Source: Eledone cirrhosa (Eukaryota). From it: a stretch of DNA of 64,000 nucleotides. The stretch covers positions 40,362,001 through 40,426,000 of the forward strand of contig OZ024743.1 in the NCBI GenBank assembly GCA_964016885.1. Direction: 5' to 3'. The notes beneath the pieces were generated by a model. That model searched no databases, was not told the origin of the DNA, and saw only the letters and a program-made list of their open reading frames with translations. Of the stretch, positions 1 through 14,191 are shown piece by piece (positions within the stretch are counted from its first letter, which is position 1; each line of letters opens with the position of its first letter). Made by a program: the position numbers and the translations under genes.

Positions 1-200
1 GACTTAATTTATTGCGTGTTACAATTGTTTCGCCGGCAGGTAGCTCGAGACATGGTCCGTGTATGGAGTGATAACATTTTCTCAGAACGAGATACCAGTG
101 TCTGAAAGAACCTGCAGCCGTAGAATCAGCCAGATCCATACAGGTACCATGTATCGAGCCACCTGCCGGCGAAACAATTATAACACGCAATAAATTAAGT
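1..200. repeat. Foldback element with ~67 bp imperfect inverted arms, probably PLE pLTR-derived
   Basis: gacttaatttattgcgtgttacaattgtttcgccggcaggt at 1 is the near-exact reverse complement of ~160-200; arms carry GAAAC-AATT-GTA, resembling the 3' half of a minimal hammerhead. Confidence 0.7.
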
Positions 201-248
201 CCAGATGCATCACTGATTTTTCGTTTTCTTTATACTATATATATATAT

Positions 249-436
249 ATAGGAAAATGTTCAACCCCGATGGCAGAGTTCAAGCCGTTTCGACTGTTTC
301 TGGACATAGCCGTCGAAACGGCTTGAGCTCTGCCGTCGGGGTTAAACATTTTCCTATGACCCACTCTACTACCCTAAGTATTGAGTACGCTGGTGCGTTA
401 TGGTCCATCTGGTTCCTTACCACACTCCCTTCGTTA
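249..436 (+). mobile_element. Short hairpin-plus-tail element in (TA)n carrying the 3' half of a hammerhead; copy 1 of 3
   Basis: Hairpin 249-357 with GAAAC-ggc...gcc-GTC; tail homologous to 38813-39016 and 43205-43382. Confidence 0.75.
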
Positions 437-447
437 CATACATATAT

Positions 448-1005
448 ATATTGAATAACCAAGAATCAAATTTATGTATAAAACATTTTATCGCTGACAA
501 TTGTTTCTTCCAAAGCTAGGCTTGGTGTCTTCGGAGCATTATTAATGTTTGTACACACAATAAACCTCCTATTCGACGAAAGAACCGTACAGATACATGA
601 CTAACGCATGTACTATCTCTTTAATTTAATTATTAGACTATTCTCTTGTATTATCTGTCGCATGTATTCCACCCTGTGCTTTTAATTTTAAATTTAATTT
701 TGATTTTAATTTGAATTATTGTACAATTATAGTATAATGTAATACATGTCACGTCTACTCCACACTGTAAACATGAAACTGTTGTCAATATATATGTATA
801 TGTACGATTCGTTTGTCGAATAGTTTTACTCCGAAGTCACCAAGCCTAGGTTTGGAAGAAACAATTGTCAGCGATTAAATGTTTTATAGCTAACTTTGAT
901 TCTTGTGTATTCAATATTACTGCTCTGTAAAACAACTGATGTTCTTACATTGAGCTATTTATCTTACTGGTAATAAGGTAGTAATACATTACTGACCGTC
1001 CCTGT
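448..1005. mobile_element. Non-coding inverted pLTR-like element with a hammerhead motif in each arm
   Basis: Inverted arms ~448-600 and ~795-917; related sequence at 12050-12190. Confidence 0.7.
492..538 (-). ncRNA. Type I minimal hammerhead ribozyme, CCGAAGA core variant
   Basis: Minus strand: tgct-CCGAAGA-caccaagcctagctttggaa-GAAAC-aatt-GTC-agcg; palindromic stem III; inverted partner at 828-873 has CCGAAGT. Confidence 0.7.
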
Positions 1006-1052
1006 TTATAGTTGTCTATAGTATTGTATATACATAGCTATAAATAGTATCT

Positions 1053-1122
<70 letters not shown>

Positions 1123-1261
1123 TACACAAGCACATATTCTACCTTCTTCTTTCTTACACAGACACACACATTCACAACACGTATAAATGCTCTTACAACA
1201 GTGTAACATACGTTTCTAGTGCCAGATACACAAACCTTTCTATAAAACAAACTTATTTTCA

Positions 1262-1810
1262 TATGAAGTGTGCAATATGTTTTTTCTCATGTGTGTTGGT
1301 GACATTTAGGGCTACGAACACAAGAACGCTGTCGACGTTATCTTATTTCAAAATATTAGATTCTGTTGCATCAATTATTATATATTCTTTCACAAGAGCT
1401 TCTTTCCATTAACTATCAATTTCCTCAAGTAATGTTAACAACGTATTATTCACATTTGCAAAATTAATTGAATATAAAGAAGCCATAGATGAAGCCATAT
1501 CAGGAACATATTTGTGTTATACAGGAAAGACAATATCTATGTAAGCATTTTAATTAACTGGACGTGGGGTCAAAATACATGGAGGGTGTTCGCTATATTT
1601 GGTGGAACGTCTCCTATAATGTATCTCAAAAGACGCATGTTATTATTTAGTACAAGACCAGCAATTTCTGGAATGAGGGATGTTCATGAAATTTGCTTAA
1701 ATATTTCATTGGGATTTGATTTTATCGACATTATTTGGCTTGGTGGTAAATTAGATTTTAGTGGCATAATAATGGTTTCTAACTTAGGCTCCAAAATGTA
1801 AAGCATAACA
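1262..1810 (-). pseudogene. Decayed protein-coding-like sequence of unknown family (possible EVE)
   Basis: Hand translation with scattered stops and one frameshift: MLYILEPKLETIIMPLKSNLPPSQ...RYIIGDVPPNIANTLHVF...HKYVPDMASSMASLYSINFANVNN; no TE motifs. Confidence 0.35.
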
Positions 1811-2460
1811 TTTCTACCAAGCCTGGAGGGTCATAAAACTAGTGGTTATCACGGTTTCCTTGGCCTTAAGCGACTGATAGTACTAGATTCCCTCCTGATA
1901 TTACAATCATTGGTGTTAAGTGAGTGAAACTATAAAAATATACCTTTGAATTTACGCCTCAAACAAAGGGTTAACCTGTAACTAGAGGTTAAACCCACTG
2001 GTACTAGGTTTCAGCTAGGGAAAATGAAGCAACGTTTTCTGATAATGAACGCAACGTGGAATCCGAAATCGAATTCGTGACTTTGTAATTATGAGTCCAA
2101 AATCCACTAGGTTGCGCGCCTTCATAGCAGGATGATAAATATAATGTGAGATATATATACAGGTGTCAATGCTAAAACAGGTGCAGTGATATGATAGGGA
2201 GGATCAGTGGTTTGCCTGGTATTTCCCATCGAATTGTTTTGCTAAAACTCTATAGGTTAAGATAAGAGTTTCATATTCTGATTGAGGTATTGAAAAAATA
2301 AATAAATAGTTTTCTGCATTTGCGATAAAACTAGTGATATGAAAGATCAAGGCTCGTCTATCACTCATTTTTAATTTAGATATTTAATCTTAAAGAAAAG
2401 AAACTCAGCTGAAAATACATTAATTATTATTAGCAATCAATATTCTCTATAAAATTCGTA

Positions 2461-2595
<135 letters not shown>

Positions 2596-3239
2596 ATATA
2601 TATATATATAACAAAAACTATTTTTATAAATGTGATAAAAATTCATTTTATGCACTAATATGAAAAGTCTCAGAATCATGAATATTTAATATAATAATTA
2701 TCGTTGCTATTATTCAATTAATATTCATTTATTTCATTTATTTAAATATTTTAGTTGTTTTTTACTTTTCCTTTATTTTCTTTTTTGGCAAGATGTCTTA
2801 TTTCTTAAATCTCGAATCTAAATATAGATCTTGATTACACACTAGCGTTATTTCCACTTGTATTTTTCTGTTTTAGTTGTTCCTGATGATGGTGATGGTG
2901 GTAATGCTGCTACAGCTGGTTTGATGATGATGACTAGGATTATGGTATCGTTGTTGATGATGTTGTTTCTCTTGATGATGATCATCTTCATAATCATGAT
3001 GTTGTTGCTGTTGTTTAATTTATATTTTCTTTTTATTGTTTTATATGATAATGATCTGCTAATTTGCAGCAAATTCTACACAATTGCTACTTTTGAAAGA
3101 AATAATGTTATAATATCATTCTCGATAATAAATGATTGATAAAAGAATATTTTTTTAATTACGTTTCCATTTTTATTTTTTTCCACATGTGCAAATATAT
3201 TCTTTCCATAACGAAAGACAAATTATGAAAAGTGCTCAA

Positions 3240-4370
3240 TTAAGAAAGGCTGCGGAACTTGCAGGGTTTCAATTCTTATCGCGATTCATCACACCTCCAT
3301 TTTCATCGCTCATTATTGATTGAAGAATAGAATGTATTCCATTTAGTAATCGTAATCCGTTGCCCAGTTTAGCACCACCAAGTAACATGCACTCCGATGA
3401 ATACGATATTCTCCCTGCTCTGTGTATCATTTTCCTTTTCGATATGTTGTAATTTAAACCTATTAGCAATGATCGAGTAGATATGGTAAATGGTGTCTCA
3501 AGCACCACTGATCATATAGTTCCACAGAAAACATATCTATGACTATATTAATGAAAGCAATCTATTGTTTAAAAAGTACCATGATATTTGAGTTCAATAT
3601 CCCTGTTATTTTAGTACAACCAGATATCATGCAGAGGACCCTTCTCAAATATAAAATGTGCCTGTGATATCGCAACGTTCTCAAATCGAAGATATTTAAA
3701 ATTCGTCTTATACTCCTTCTATATGCTGGTTGTTTACCAAGTATTAATATTGACACCAACCATGTGAAAATGATGTTGAGGATTTGCTTAGAGCAATGTT
3801 GAACTGTTCCTTTGGAATGGAATCCTCTGAGAATTATTTATAGTTAAAACGTTCATGAATTGCCCTTATTCCATTCATGAGATATGTTGGAGTTATGCTT
3901 GAAGCATTTGTATACATAATTGATATTCCATAATTCTTGCAGGTGTTTCTGAGATATTGTTCAATGTTATAGAATAAATATGTCTATAATTGTTCCTAAC
4001 TTGCTAAAAATAAAAGCCCATACATGCCAAAGCCTTTAAAACATCACATTGAGTAATGTAAACCTGCATATATTATAATTTAATATAACATGCGGAAAAC
4101 GTGTTTGGCCATATGATGGACTTTAAATACAACTATAAAAACGCCTAACATATATGTCAGTAATTGCAAAACGGTTTCAGAAATACTAAACAAACCGTCA
4201 GCTCCGTTCATCACCAAATTGTCCGATCCTTCTCTCTATATATCGATATGTAATAGTTATACGAATCAATGCATTTGGCCCTTAATATGTAACTCTGCCA
4301 TAATTTTATCAACAACCATCATACACCAATGTAAAATCCCTTTAGGTTTGCTATATATTGTTGCAGGATA
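3240..4370 (-). pseudogene. Decayed protein-coding-like sequence of unknown family (possible EVE)
   Basis: Interrupted frame YPATIYSKPKGILHWC...EQYLRNTCKNYGISIMYTNASS...FENVAISQAHFIFEKGPLHDIW...running into ORF 3269-3508. Confidence 0.4.
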
Positions 4371-5439
4371 ATATCAGTTATATATTATTCTGTCTATTTT
4401 CTGTAATATAATTAACACATTATAAACCATTTTTTTTTTTCAAATTTGTCTTTAATCAGTTAGGTTACCTTTAATTCCCTCTATAAACGTAAAGAGATAC
4501 TTTTCCAAAGATTTTGTATAATGCTGTTACACAATTTTTAATCATGTGGTGGTGACAAACGTCATGCACCACCCAATTTTAAAGCTTGAATGACAATTTA
4601 AACAGCAAACTTCTCAATATATTGAGTCTCATTTGATATCCCTAGTGTGATGCAGTGTAATTTACTGAGATACATATCAGAAGCCTAGACTTCTGCCTCA
4701 GATGTCTATGGTCTCACTATGTAAGTGAAGTTTTAATCTGGATATTGGTAATGCCACCCCAGGATAAGTCCGCATTGGCATGCTACTCACAATCCCGGAT
4801 TTCTATGTTATCCATCCAAACGGGGGAAAGTGTGTCTCCCACTGAGAGACAGATCAAATATCTAGTAACTTTATCGTAGCAAACTACTGATTCAAGATAA
4901 TGAATCTCGATTCCTCTAGGGTATTGAGTAATTTTTGTCACATTAATTAAAACCAGCGTTTCTGTGTCCTGATGCGTCTTTATCACTGCAAGAATATCTA
5001 AGCAGTGTATGAGAGTGATTTTAAACTATATCTATTTATTAGAGGAAAGAAAATTATTTGATAACGTAAGAGAATGGATAGCTATACATACTGAATCTTT
5101 GAACGTTTTGTATTTTTCCTCAGTCTTAAAATATCCACCAGTTATATATTAGGGTGAATTGATTCAAATTATCTGTCTTTCTTATTATAGAAAATCAACT
5201 TGTTTGATCACACAGCTGAAAGAATGTCTGGCTTCTTGTCATCGAATGTCCATAATATTTTGACAAGTATAACGAGAACAACATCTTAAAACCTAATGAC
5301 TGACTGCTGGACAGCAGACAAAAAAAATCCAAAATGTCAGAAAATAGTTTCTTATGATACTTCGCAGTAAATTAAAAATAATATAGAAAAATAAAGAAAA
5401 TAACGTTAAACAGTATATTAAAATAAATAAAACAACAAA

Positions 5440-5500
<61 letters not shown>

Positions 5501-5983
5501 CTTTGTGTGTGTGTGTGTGAGAGTGTGTGTGTGTGTGTGTGTATTTATATATATATACGTATATGTATCTATATATATACATATGGTTGTTTATATAAAT
5601 GCCTATCTCGCTATATATATGTATACATGCATATGTACATGAATACACGTGCACACACACGCGCACACACATTTATTTAAAATAGATCATCTATCATTGT
5701 TAGCTTCACATACGACATCTCCACAATTGGTTTCGGCTGTTTGGCTGACATTTGATGCTCTTTGGAAAATCGTTGGCGAACTCTGGATGAATGGAAATAA
5801 TTTTGATTTTGACAGCATACCAATTTGTTCTTTCTCCGTGTGAGAGTGAGCATGGGTGTGTTTGCGTGTGTTTGTGTTAGTTGGATATTTTTTTTATCTT
5901 CTAGTCTTTGCTTCTTGATAAACTCCTATGTTTGTTAGTAATGAATTTAAAGATATATATATATATATGTACACACACACACA

Positions 5984-6061
<78 letters not shown>

Positions 6062-8289
6062 TATGTAAAAACAAATAAGAGACAGCGAAAAATATATTTC
6101 GCAAGACAAATGTATTAAAATACAGACACATACTCATTCCACAACTATACGCATAAAAAACACACACAAGAGATGGTTTAAAAGTTTTAAACTAAAGGTT
6201 AGTAATCAAGATCAGCATACTAATGCCAGCACAACATGTCTACTATTTTCTTGTTAACTTCAATATAAATGAAGTCAGTCAGAAATCCACTCTAGCATGT
6301 ATCTGTGGATTCCTCGGTAAGATTCTACAAGAACCAATACTACTCAAGTAAAATGTCTTACTATTTTTATCTCATTTTTTTAAATTTACAATCGTTTTTA
6401 CATTCACTCAGCAGGGTAGGACAGGTAGACAAAGGAAAGTGCGTTAACTCTTAAGTTGTAGAGGCGTTCTTCTGAAACGCAGTGTTTCTTGAGTATTTTA
6501 CACTTGGTGGAGTTTATCCCGCTCCAGGTCTAAACATAGCACTTTTTTTCAAGCGAAGAAGACATACAGGGGAATTAAGAAAAAAATATGGATGGGTAAA
6601 AAACGTTTTGGAAAAGAGTTTTTATCAGCTTCGAAAAGATGAAAGGCAATATGGACATCGATTACGGTACCCGAACTCCTTTACCAATTCACTGCATATA
6701 TTCGACAGGTATATTGATTGAATATATATATCAATAATATACTTCCTCTTATTCAAACGGATTGAAGGACCTATCTAAACATAAGTTCATTGGTCTGAAC
6801 TAAAGATCAACTCCCTTAAAGTCCTTTACCAATACCCTTTTCGCATACAAATTTTGCCCTCGATTTAAAAGTAAAAATCAGTATATGTATCTTACTGTTC
6901 TGTGGCTTCTATATAGAGTCTTGAATCGAAGTAGTGTCATCCTGAACCGAGGCCGACATGTTCCACCTGTTTCGGCATCTTCGCTTAATTTGCCTAATCC
7001 TCTTCGAAGAAATCAAATTGAAATGGTGCCATATATTTACAGAATTATAAATATCCTATCATATTTATACGCATTCACACACATATATATTATGCCCATG
7101 TACATATATGTACATATACATCATATAAATGTGTGTGTGTATGTATTTATGTCTGTGTATGTGTATGTATGTATGTATCCGTGTGTGAATGAACATACCT
7201 ATAAATATATATGTGTACACGCATGCTATCAGTGGCTGTGTAATCAGTAATGGATTGCTTAATATGTGTATGTAACATTTTGGTTTCGTCCGTATTGTGA
7301 ACTCATACAGAAGCAATTTGATTTCTCGTTTGAAACCAATACCGAATGGTAGATATATTCTTGTGACTGACATATGCACAGCATCAGTAGCCAGAAACTC
7401 AGATACACAATGAGATTATATGGACAGGTATATTAACAAAAATATTTACACTGCACCAGCAATAGATAGTCACTCAAACAAAGCATTTGATATAAATATA
7501 TAAATATCAATATTTACGCATGCGCGTCTATGTGTGAGTCTGTGTATCCAATAATGTAAAAGTAAATTCCGCGTAGTTTGAACTTCTATTTTTCTATTGG
7601 CATTTAATAGTTATTTATATTCACTCTTCCTTGGTCGGCTGCAAGTTAAAAGTCTCTATCTGGTTAAAGATATGCATAATATTTGGTCAAATCATTTGCT
7701 GGAAAATAATATTTGCTTTTGACAAAGGACATTCAGTATTTCAATCAAATGAACGTCAAATTCACGTGCGAATGTTAGAAAAATTTACAGATACGACGTT
7801 ATTGACAAATTGAAACAGTGTGATACACTATGCGACAAAGATGGACCTTTGAATTACGAACCTCCACGAAGTTTTCAACCCTCTAAACTTATGGTAAAAC
7901 ACTTGCCTAAGACGCCATGTAATGAGTCAATGTTGCTAAGCGAACTTCTTAACCACGCAGCCAGGTCTTGATGCTAAAGCAGTGTTTACTTCAAATGATT
8001 TATTTTTCCCCTTTCACGAAATATTTTAAAATGAAAGTAAATTATTTACATATGTGTTGTTATAGTTTGAAAGAAACGATAAACATATAAGGCCACGGTC
8101 ATGTGACTATACAGGAACTACATCAATCATGTTATATACGTCTATACAAACGGAATGTTTCATCCGGGTTAACATTTGGTAGACATATTTATGTGCAGCC
8201 AACAGACATAATATATGCCTCATGTTGCTTTTTCTATAACAGGAATACCACGGAATTATAAGTTTTCGGTCTAGGCACGAGGCTAGCAA

Positions 8290-9047
8290 TATTTTGGAGA
8301 CTGGAAAAGTCGATTATATTGAACCTAGTACTAAATTAGTAATGTATTTTATCGACCCCGAATTAATGAAAGGCAAAATTGATCTCGGTAGAATTTTAAC
8401 TGATAGCGTAAAAATCCGAATCAAATACGACGAAATATTTTCTCCAAAGCTCTGACAATACTACTAATATTACCACTACTACTACTAATTATTCTTATTA
8501 TTAATTCAGTAAGAGCAGTGGGTTGGGGCGTCGGATGAAATGCTTTGCAGTATTTTGTTACAGTTTTCTACATTCTACTTTCAAATCTCACCGGATCATC
8601 TTTCTCTTTCGCCCTTGACAAAATAAAGCCCTGGTAATGCATTGGTGTCGATTTAATTCACTTATCTCTTCTCCAAAAGATTGTTGGACTTGTGCCTATA
8701 TAAGAACCCATTATTATTAATATGAAGGATTCGCAGTATCGGAAGCGGACGCCATGCTTTGAAGCAAAGAGTTACGACCCTTTATGGTCTGAGCTCAAAT
8801 CCCGCCGAGGTTAACTTTGCCTTTCATCCTTACGGGGTCGATAAAATAAAGTACCTGTATATGGTATATACTGGGATAATTGCTGGCCTTTTGCCAAAAG
8901 TAGAAACAATTATTAATATGCCATTCTGAGTTCGAAAACCGCCGAGTTTCAACTTTGCCTTTCATCGTTAGGGGATCGATAAAATAAAGGACCAGTAATG
9001 CACTAGGTAATTGCTGGTCTTGAGTCAAAAGTAGAAACAATTATTAT
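8290..9047. mobile_element. Cluster of tRNA-derived SINEs (one minus, two to three plus, partly duplicated)
   Basis: Shared core gagttcaaatcccgccgaggttaactttgcctttcatcct-ggggtcgataaaataaagtacc, resembling the Nin/Deu-SINE central domain. Confidence 0.8.
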
Positions 9048-9055
9048 GTTAATTA

Positions 9056-9815
9056 TCTCCTTATAATATATAACCACCAATTTCTCTGTCTGTCTGTCCG
9101 ACAGTCGAAACACGTGCGCGCGTGGTTGCTATCTCTCTCTCTCTCCAGCTATCCCTCTCTTTTAGTCTGTCTGTTTCTCTCACTCTCACTCTTTCTCTTT
9201 GTAACACACTAACATTCCTCCCCTCTATCGCTGTGACGAATGGGGAGATGGAGGAGGAGGAGAGAGGAACTTCGTCACTTCACCTCTGCCTTTCTTTCTC
9301 TCCCCTCTCACTCCCTCATTACGTACAGACATTAGGGCGGTGGATTGGCAGAATCTGTAGAGAGTCGGACACCATACTTCATAGCATCGAGTTACGTCCC
9401 TTTACGGTATGAGTTCAAATACCGCCGAGGTTAACTTTGCCTTTCATCCTCACGGGGTCGATAAAATAAAGTACCAGTAATGTACTGAGTAATTGCTGGC
9501 CTTGTGCCAAAAGTAGAAGCAATTATTAGAAACGTTGCTTCATTTTTACATATCTAAGCAATAGTAAAATAACTAATAATTTCAAAAGTAATTTTTCAAT
9601 TCCAATTGTTATGAACAGCAAAACATTAATAATAATTTTGTTCTAAGAAATATATATACATTTCTGTGTGTGTAATATATATACACACAAAAATATATAT
9701 ACATTTCTGTGTCTGTAATATATATATATATACACACAGAAATATATATACATTTCTGTGTGTGTAATATATATATATATATACACACAGAAACATATAT
9801 ACATTTCTGTGTGTG

Positions 9816-9870
<55 letters not shown>

Positions 9871-10435
9871 GAAATATATGGGCATTTCTCTGTTTTTCTG
9901 TCTGTCTATCTGTCTGTCTGTCTGTCTGTCCTTCCCTAAAACTCAAATGTAGGTGCTACAGAAATATTACCTTACCCTTCCTTTCTTCACTTTGGTACTA
10001 CCAAGAGAAACACTGTCGCTATAGAAACATTACCTTCCCCTCTCCACTGACTTTGGTCACTGAGGCCGAGGGAATCGCTGGTTGCTATAGTGACACCTTG
10101 CACAAGCCAGAAGTAACCAGTTCGATGCGGTTCTGACTTGACACCATGCCAAGGACCATTTGGAGATATATTTCCATCGATATATCATAACGTTTATGTA
10201 TCATAACGTTTATATTTCCGTCACTAATCTCTTTTTCTCCTTTTTCGTTTTAACATATATTTATTTCAACGATTTCACCGTATAGATAACATATATATTT
10301 ATACATGCATAAAAGACACACCGAGAGACGGTGAACGTGTGGTGCCGAAAACATTTCTCATCCAAATCTCAACAATATCATTTTATACACTAGATTTGCT
10401 AGCAGAAAACTGCCCACCGTGTGTTTTTCTGCTAG
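9056..10435 (+). mobile_element. Non-autonomous Helitron-like element containing a SINE (9335-9527) and a ~36 bp minisatellite
   Basis: 5' A|TC start, (TCTG)n near 5' end, 3' hairpin ctagcagaaaa...ttttctgctag ending in CTAG. Confidence 0.5.
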
Positions 10436-11329
10436 TCTATATATATAAAACTGAGGATGTCTGTCTGTGTTTTTTTAATTTTTGCAAATTCCTAAAACTC
10501 AAGAACCACCCAACCGACTGTTTTCAAAGTTTACACATGTAATACTTATGTTTCAGGAGGGTTCTGAGCAAAAGTTTCAAATGTTGAATGCCCTAGGTAC
10601 CGCATTAGTCGATGTAGCGATCTCTCTCTTTAATTCTTAGTCTTTCTCTTTTTAGATAGATACATACATATAACGTCGCGCCCTTATAATATCTGTTTGT
10701 ATGTCTGGCTGTCTGCATTACGTCACTTACCTGAGGTTGTCTGTTTGTGTATGTGTGTGTGTGAGTTTGAATCCCTAAAACTCGAGAAATACCCAACCAA
10801 CTTTTTTCAAACTTTACATGTGTATTACTTATGTTTCATTATGCACATACAAAATTCCAATTTTTGATCCCCTAGGTGAAAAACTGCATTTTTCAGGTTT
10901 TTTAGGTATTTTTGAGGCGTTACTTCAGACAGATTTCCTTGAAATTGTAACTATGTATTAGTCAGTCTCTTTTTCATACCGTGAGGAAAGAAAATCAAAC
11001 TTGTTTATGGCCAGCATTAGGTGAAAAACTTCATTTTTTCAGCCTTTTAGGACTTTCAGGCGTTACGTCTAGCCGATTTTCCCGAAACTTCAAGGCATAT
11101 TATGCACATAAGAAAAATGTATTTTCTTGATCCCCTAGGACCCGCATTAGGTGAAAACCTGCCTTTTTCCCGCTTCATCGAGTAAAATCTTAAAGATTAT
11201 CCAGCCATCAGAGTATTCGGTTTATTTTCTTTACATATTGTCCAGGATGCCATTTTTCCACGATTAGGTCTGTTGGCGGTCCGCGTTCCAAAATACATTA
11301 TCCCGTGCAACGCCGGGTACCACAGCTAG
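10436..11329 (+). mobile_element. Non-autonomous Helitron
   Basis: 5' TCtatatatataaaactgaggatgt; 3' hairpin cccgtgcaacgccggg then CTAG|T; termini match the Helitron at 39082-42086. Confidence 0.75.
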
Positions 11330-11968
11330 TATAATTATATTTCTTTCTTAGGTGCTGTATGCATTCATACATAATGTATAGATAATTCATACATAATTGA
11401 TCTGTTATTGTTGAACAAGGCATTATATGTTAGTGGTTTTTTAGTACACAATTGACGTTTAACAAATTGTCCGATATTGCTTCGTTCGGTTAATTATGTT
11501 CAGAGATCAAATCCTACTGGGATTGACTTTGCTTTTCATCTTTCTAGGATTGATAGTATAAAATACCTATTAAGTAGTGAGGGTGATATAATCGACTTTC
11601 TCTTCACCTCAAAATTGCTCATCTTATGTCTTGATTAAAAATCATATTTATATTTTGCATGTAATGCATATTGTTTTCTCTCTTACAAGGTTCTTTATAA
11701 CGTATTTATATAGATAGCCTGAGTTATTATACATTTATACGTCAAAATTCGTTTTGTATAATTGGTGTACTATATATTTGCTGTGTAGTATTTTTTTTTT
11801 TTAACAAAGGTGTCGAGATTGTCAGAGTCGTTAGAACGGCAGATAGAATGTGTTGTGGCATGCGATGCTGCACCTTCGGTTTTGAATTCTAATTTTACCA
11901 GAGTTAGTTTTGTCTTTCATCCTTTTGAGGTTGATGAAATAATAGTTCCATACGATAACATATTAACC

Positions 11969-12055
<87 letters not shown>

Positions 12056-12085
12056 AAGAATCAAAGAACTGTTCAAAACATTATT

Positions 12086-12134
12086 GTGCTTACAGCTGTT
12101 TCCTCCAAACCGAGGTTTGGATTCTTCGGAATAC
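12086..12134 (-). ncRNA. Hammerhead motif (CCGAAGA variant) in a PLE pLTR fragment
   Basis: gtatt-CCGAAGA-atccaaacctcggtttggag-GAAAC-agct-GTA-agcac; one stem I mismatch. Confidence 0.6.
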
Positions 12135-12799
12135 TTACAACTGCTTAAGGTTTCTTCGGAATACTTACAACTGCTTAAGGTTTTGTGTTTACATAACCAT
12201 AAATAGTATAACTAATACTATATATATATATATATTAGTTTTTATTTCTTTAATCACTTTTTCACTCCTTGCAAAGATTGAGCTTAGAACTATATATAAC
12301 TGGACTCTACCGTTCATTTTGTAAATCCTGCAGTTTTCTTACATACATTTATATTATTCATCTTGGACATTCTGCCTCTTCCTCTCTAGAGTTTCTATCT
12401 AGTATTTATGGGTTTATTTTTGTTGTAGAGCGAATAAAGATTCTTCAATCAAGAAGTTGTCAATGAACCTACAGGAATCTGCTGGGATACTGTAGATTAG
12501 GCACATTAATGTGTTGATTTATGTATTTCCTGGTGATTTAAAGATCCCCTCAAAGCAATATACGTGTATTGCCGAAAATAAGAGTGATGTTTGTTTTGGT
12601 AAATGAAGTATAATACTCTTATCTGCTTACTTGGTTGCAGAATAATACGCACAAGTTTTCTTACACAAAATGATATAAGCTACGTAACGACCTATCGGTT
12701 AACGCTTAAATCGAAACTAGAATTGTACATTCAAAGTTTTGAACAAAAATTCAATATGCGTTGAAAATAAAACCAAACTTCACTTCTCCCTGCAGTGAC

Positions 12800-14085
12800 T
12801 TTCTCATCTACACGTTATGTACTCTATCGAATAACGTTACTCCAGAAACCCATTTCGGCTGCTTATATTCGCAATCATAATCTTTCGGTCATTACCCAGG
12901 ATTTATAACCATAGATAAGGCTTGGCACGAATACCAAATCGATTACTGAATGCTGAAACTGAAGCATTACTAAACCATATCCTTCAATTCTTGCACTTAA
13001 TTCAGCCTCGTGTATTCCATCACTCGTGAACACAGCCCCGAGATATTTTAACTTCTTCATGTGATTCAGTGGAACTCTATTCACATGTAAACTGCACTGC
13101 GCAGGCTTCTTTGGAGGACGAGTGTCTCAGTTTTCCTACCACTGATTTTCACTCTAGCCATACAGCACTCGGCATCAAACTGATCAAGTGTAAGTCGGAA
13201 ATCACATCCTGTCGAGTTCAGTAGCACTATGCCTGCAAATTCCATCCGACTGATTTTAAACCCACCAATCATGACACTACTTCTAATCCGACTGCACATA
13301 TCAATCCTGTTCATGTAAATAATGAACAGTAGATGTAACAGTAAGCACCCTTGGTGGAGTACAACTTCCAAATTGAATGGATTCGATTTAGCACCATTTA
13401 TCCGAACACAAATACTCGGAAATTCGTATAGAGCCATCACAGTAGCGAGAAACTGATCGTCAATCACATACTTCCCCAGAACCTTCCAAAGCAGGCCCCG
13501 CCAGACGCGCTTCTATGCCTTTTCAAGGTCAACAAAACAAGAATATAAGGCTTGGAAATAAATCTACAATTTTTCGAAAACCTGCTGCAATGTCAATTTT
13601 GGGTCGGCTGTGCTGCGTATGGGACGAATACTGCAATTTTCATCAGCTAGTTTGGACTCGACAATCTTGCTGCATCTTTTTGACAGACACATAGCAAATA
13701 CTCTACCGGGAAAGATTAACAAGATCCCACTGTAATTGAAACAATCTCTCTTGATTAACTTTTTGAAGTTTAGGCTTATCAGTGCCTAATTCTATTGCCT
13801 AAGTGTCTTTCCAGAGATCCAGGCCACCAGGTACACACGAGTCAGCCAGAGTATACCTTCTCTATTTAAACATCCCGGGCCGGATTTCATCATCCCCAGC
13901 TGCTTTGCCTAATGTGAACTCTTTAACTGCTCTTGTGACCTCTGCCTCTGAGTGATTAGTCACCGCTCCCGGATGCACGTCGTATTCATCAGAAGATGCT
14001 GTTGTGAACAGGTTTAGAAAATCAGCAATGTATTCTCTCCACCTCGCGAAGATGCATCTCTTAGAAGAGAGGAGAAACCCAGATG
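12800..14085 (-). mobile_element. Degenerate RTE-clade LINE reverse transcriptase fragment
   Basis: HQGCLL..LLFIIYM, KYLG, LIYGYKSWVMT; many stops and frameshifts. Confidence 0.8.
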
Positions 14086-14148
14086 CGTTCTTCGTAGCAG
14101 GTGTGGTGGAGGTGGATGATCTGCCAGATGGTTGTTTAAGTTATTCTT

Positions 14149-14191
14149 CTCAAAGCTCTTTCGTCACACATTCTGTGACCTCCCCAGTGAC
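14149..14191 (-). ncRNA. Degenerate hammerhead motif, same family as 34520-34564
   Basis: gtca-CTGGGGA-ggtcacagaatgtgtgac-GAAAgagctt-tgag; core mutated. Confidence 0.45.
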
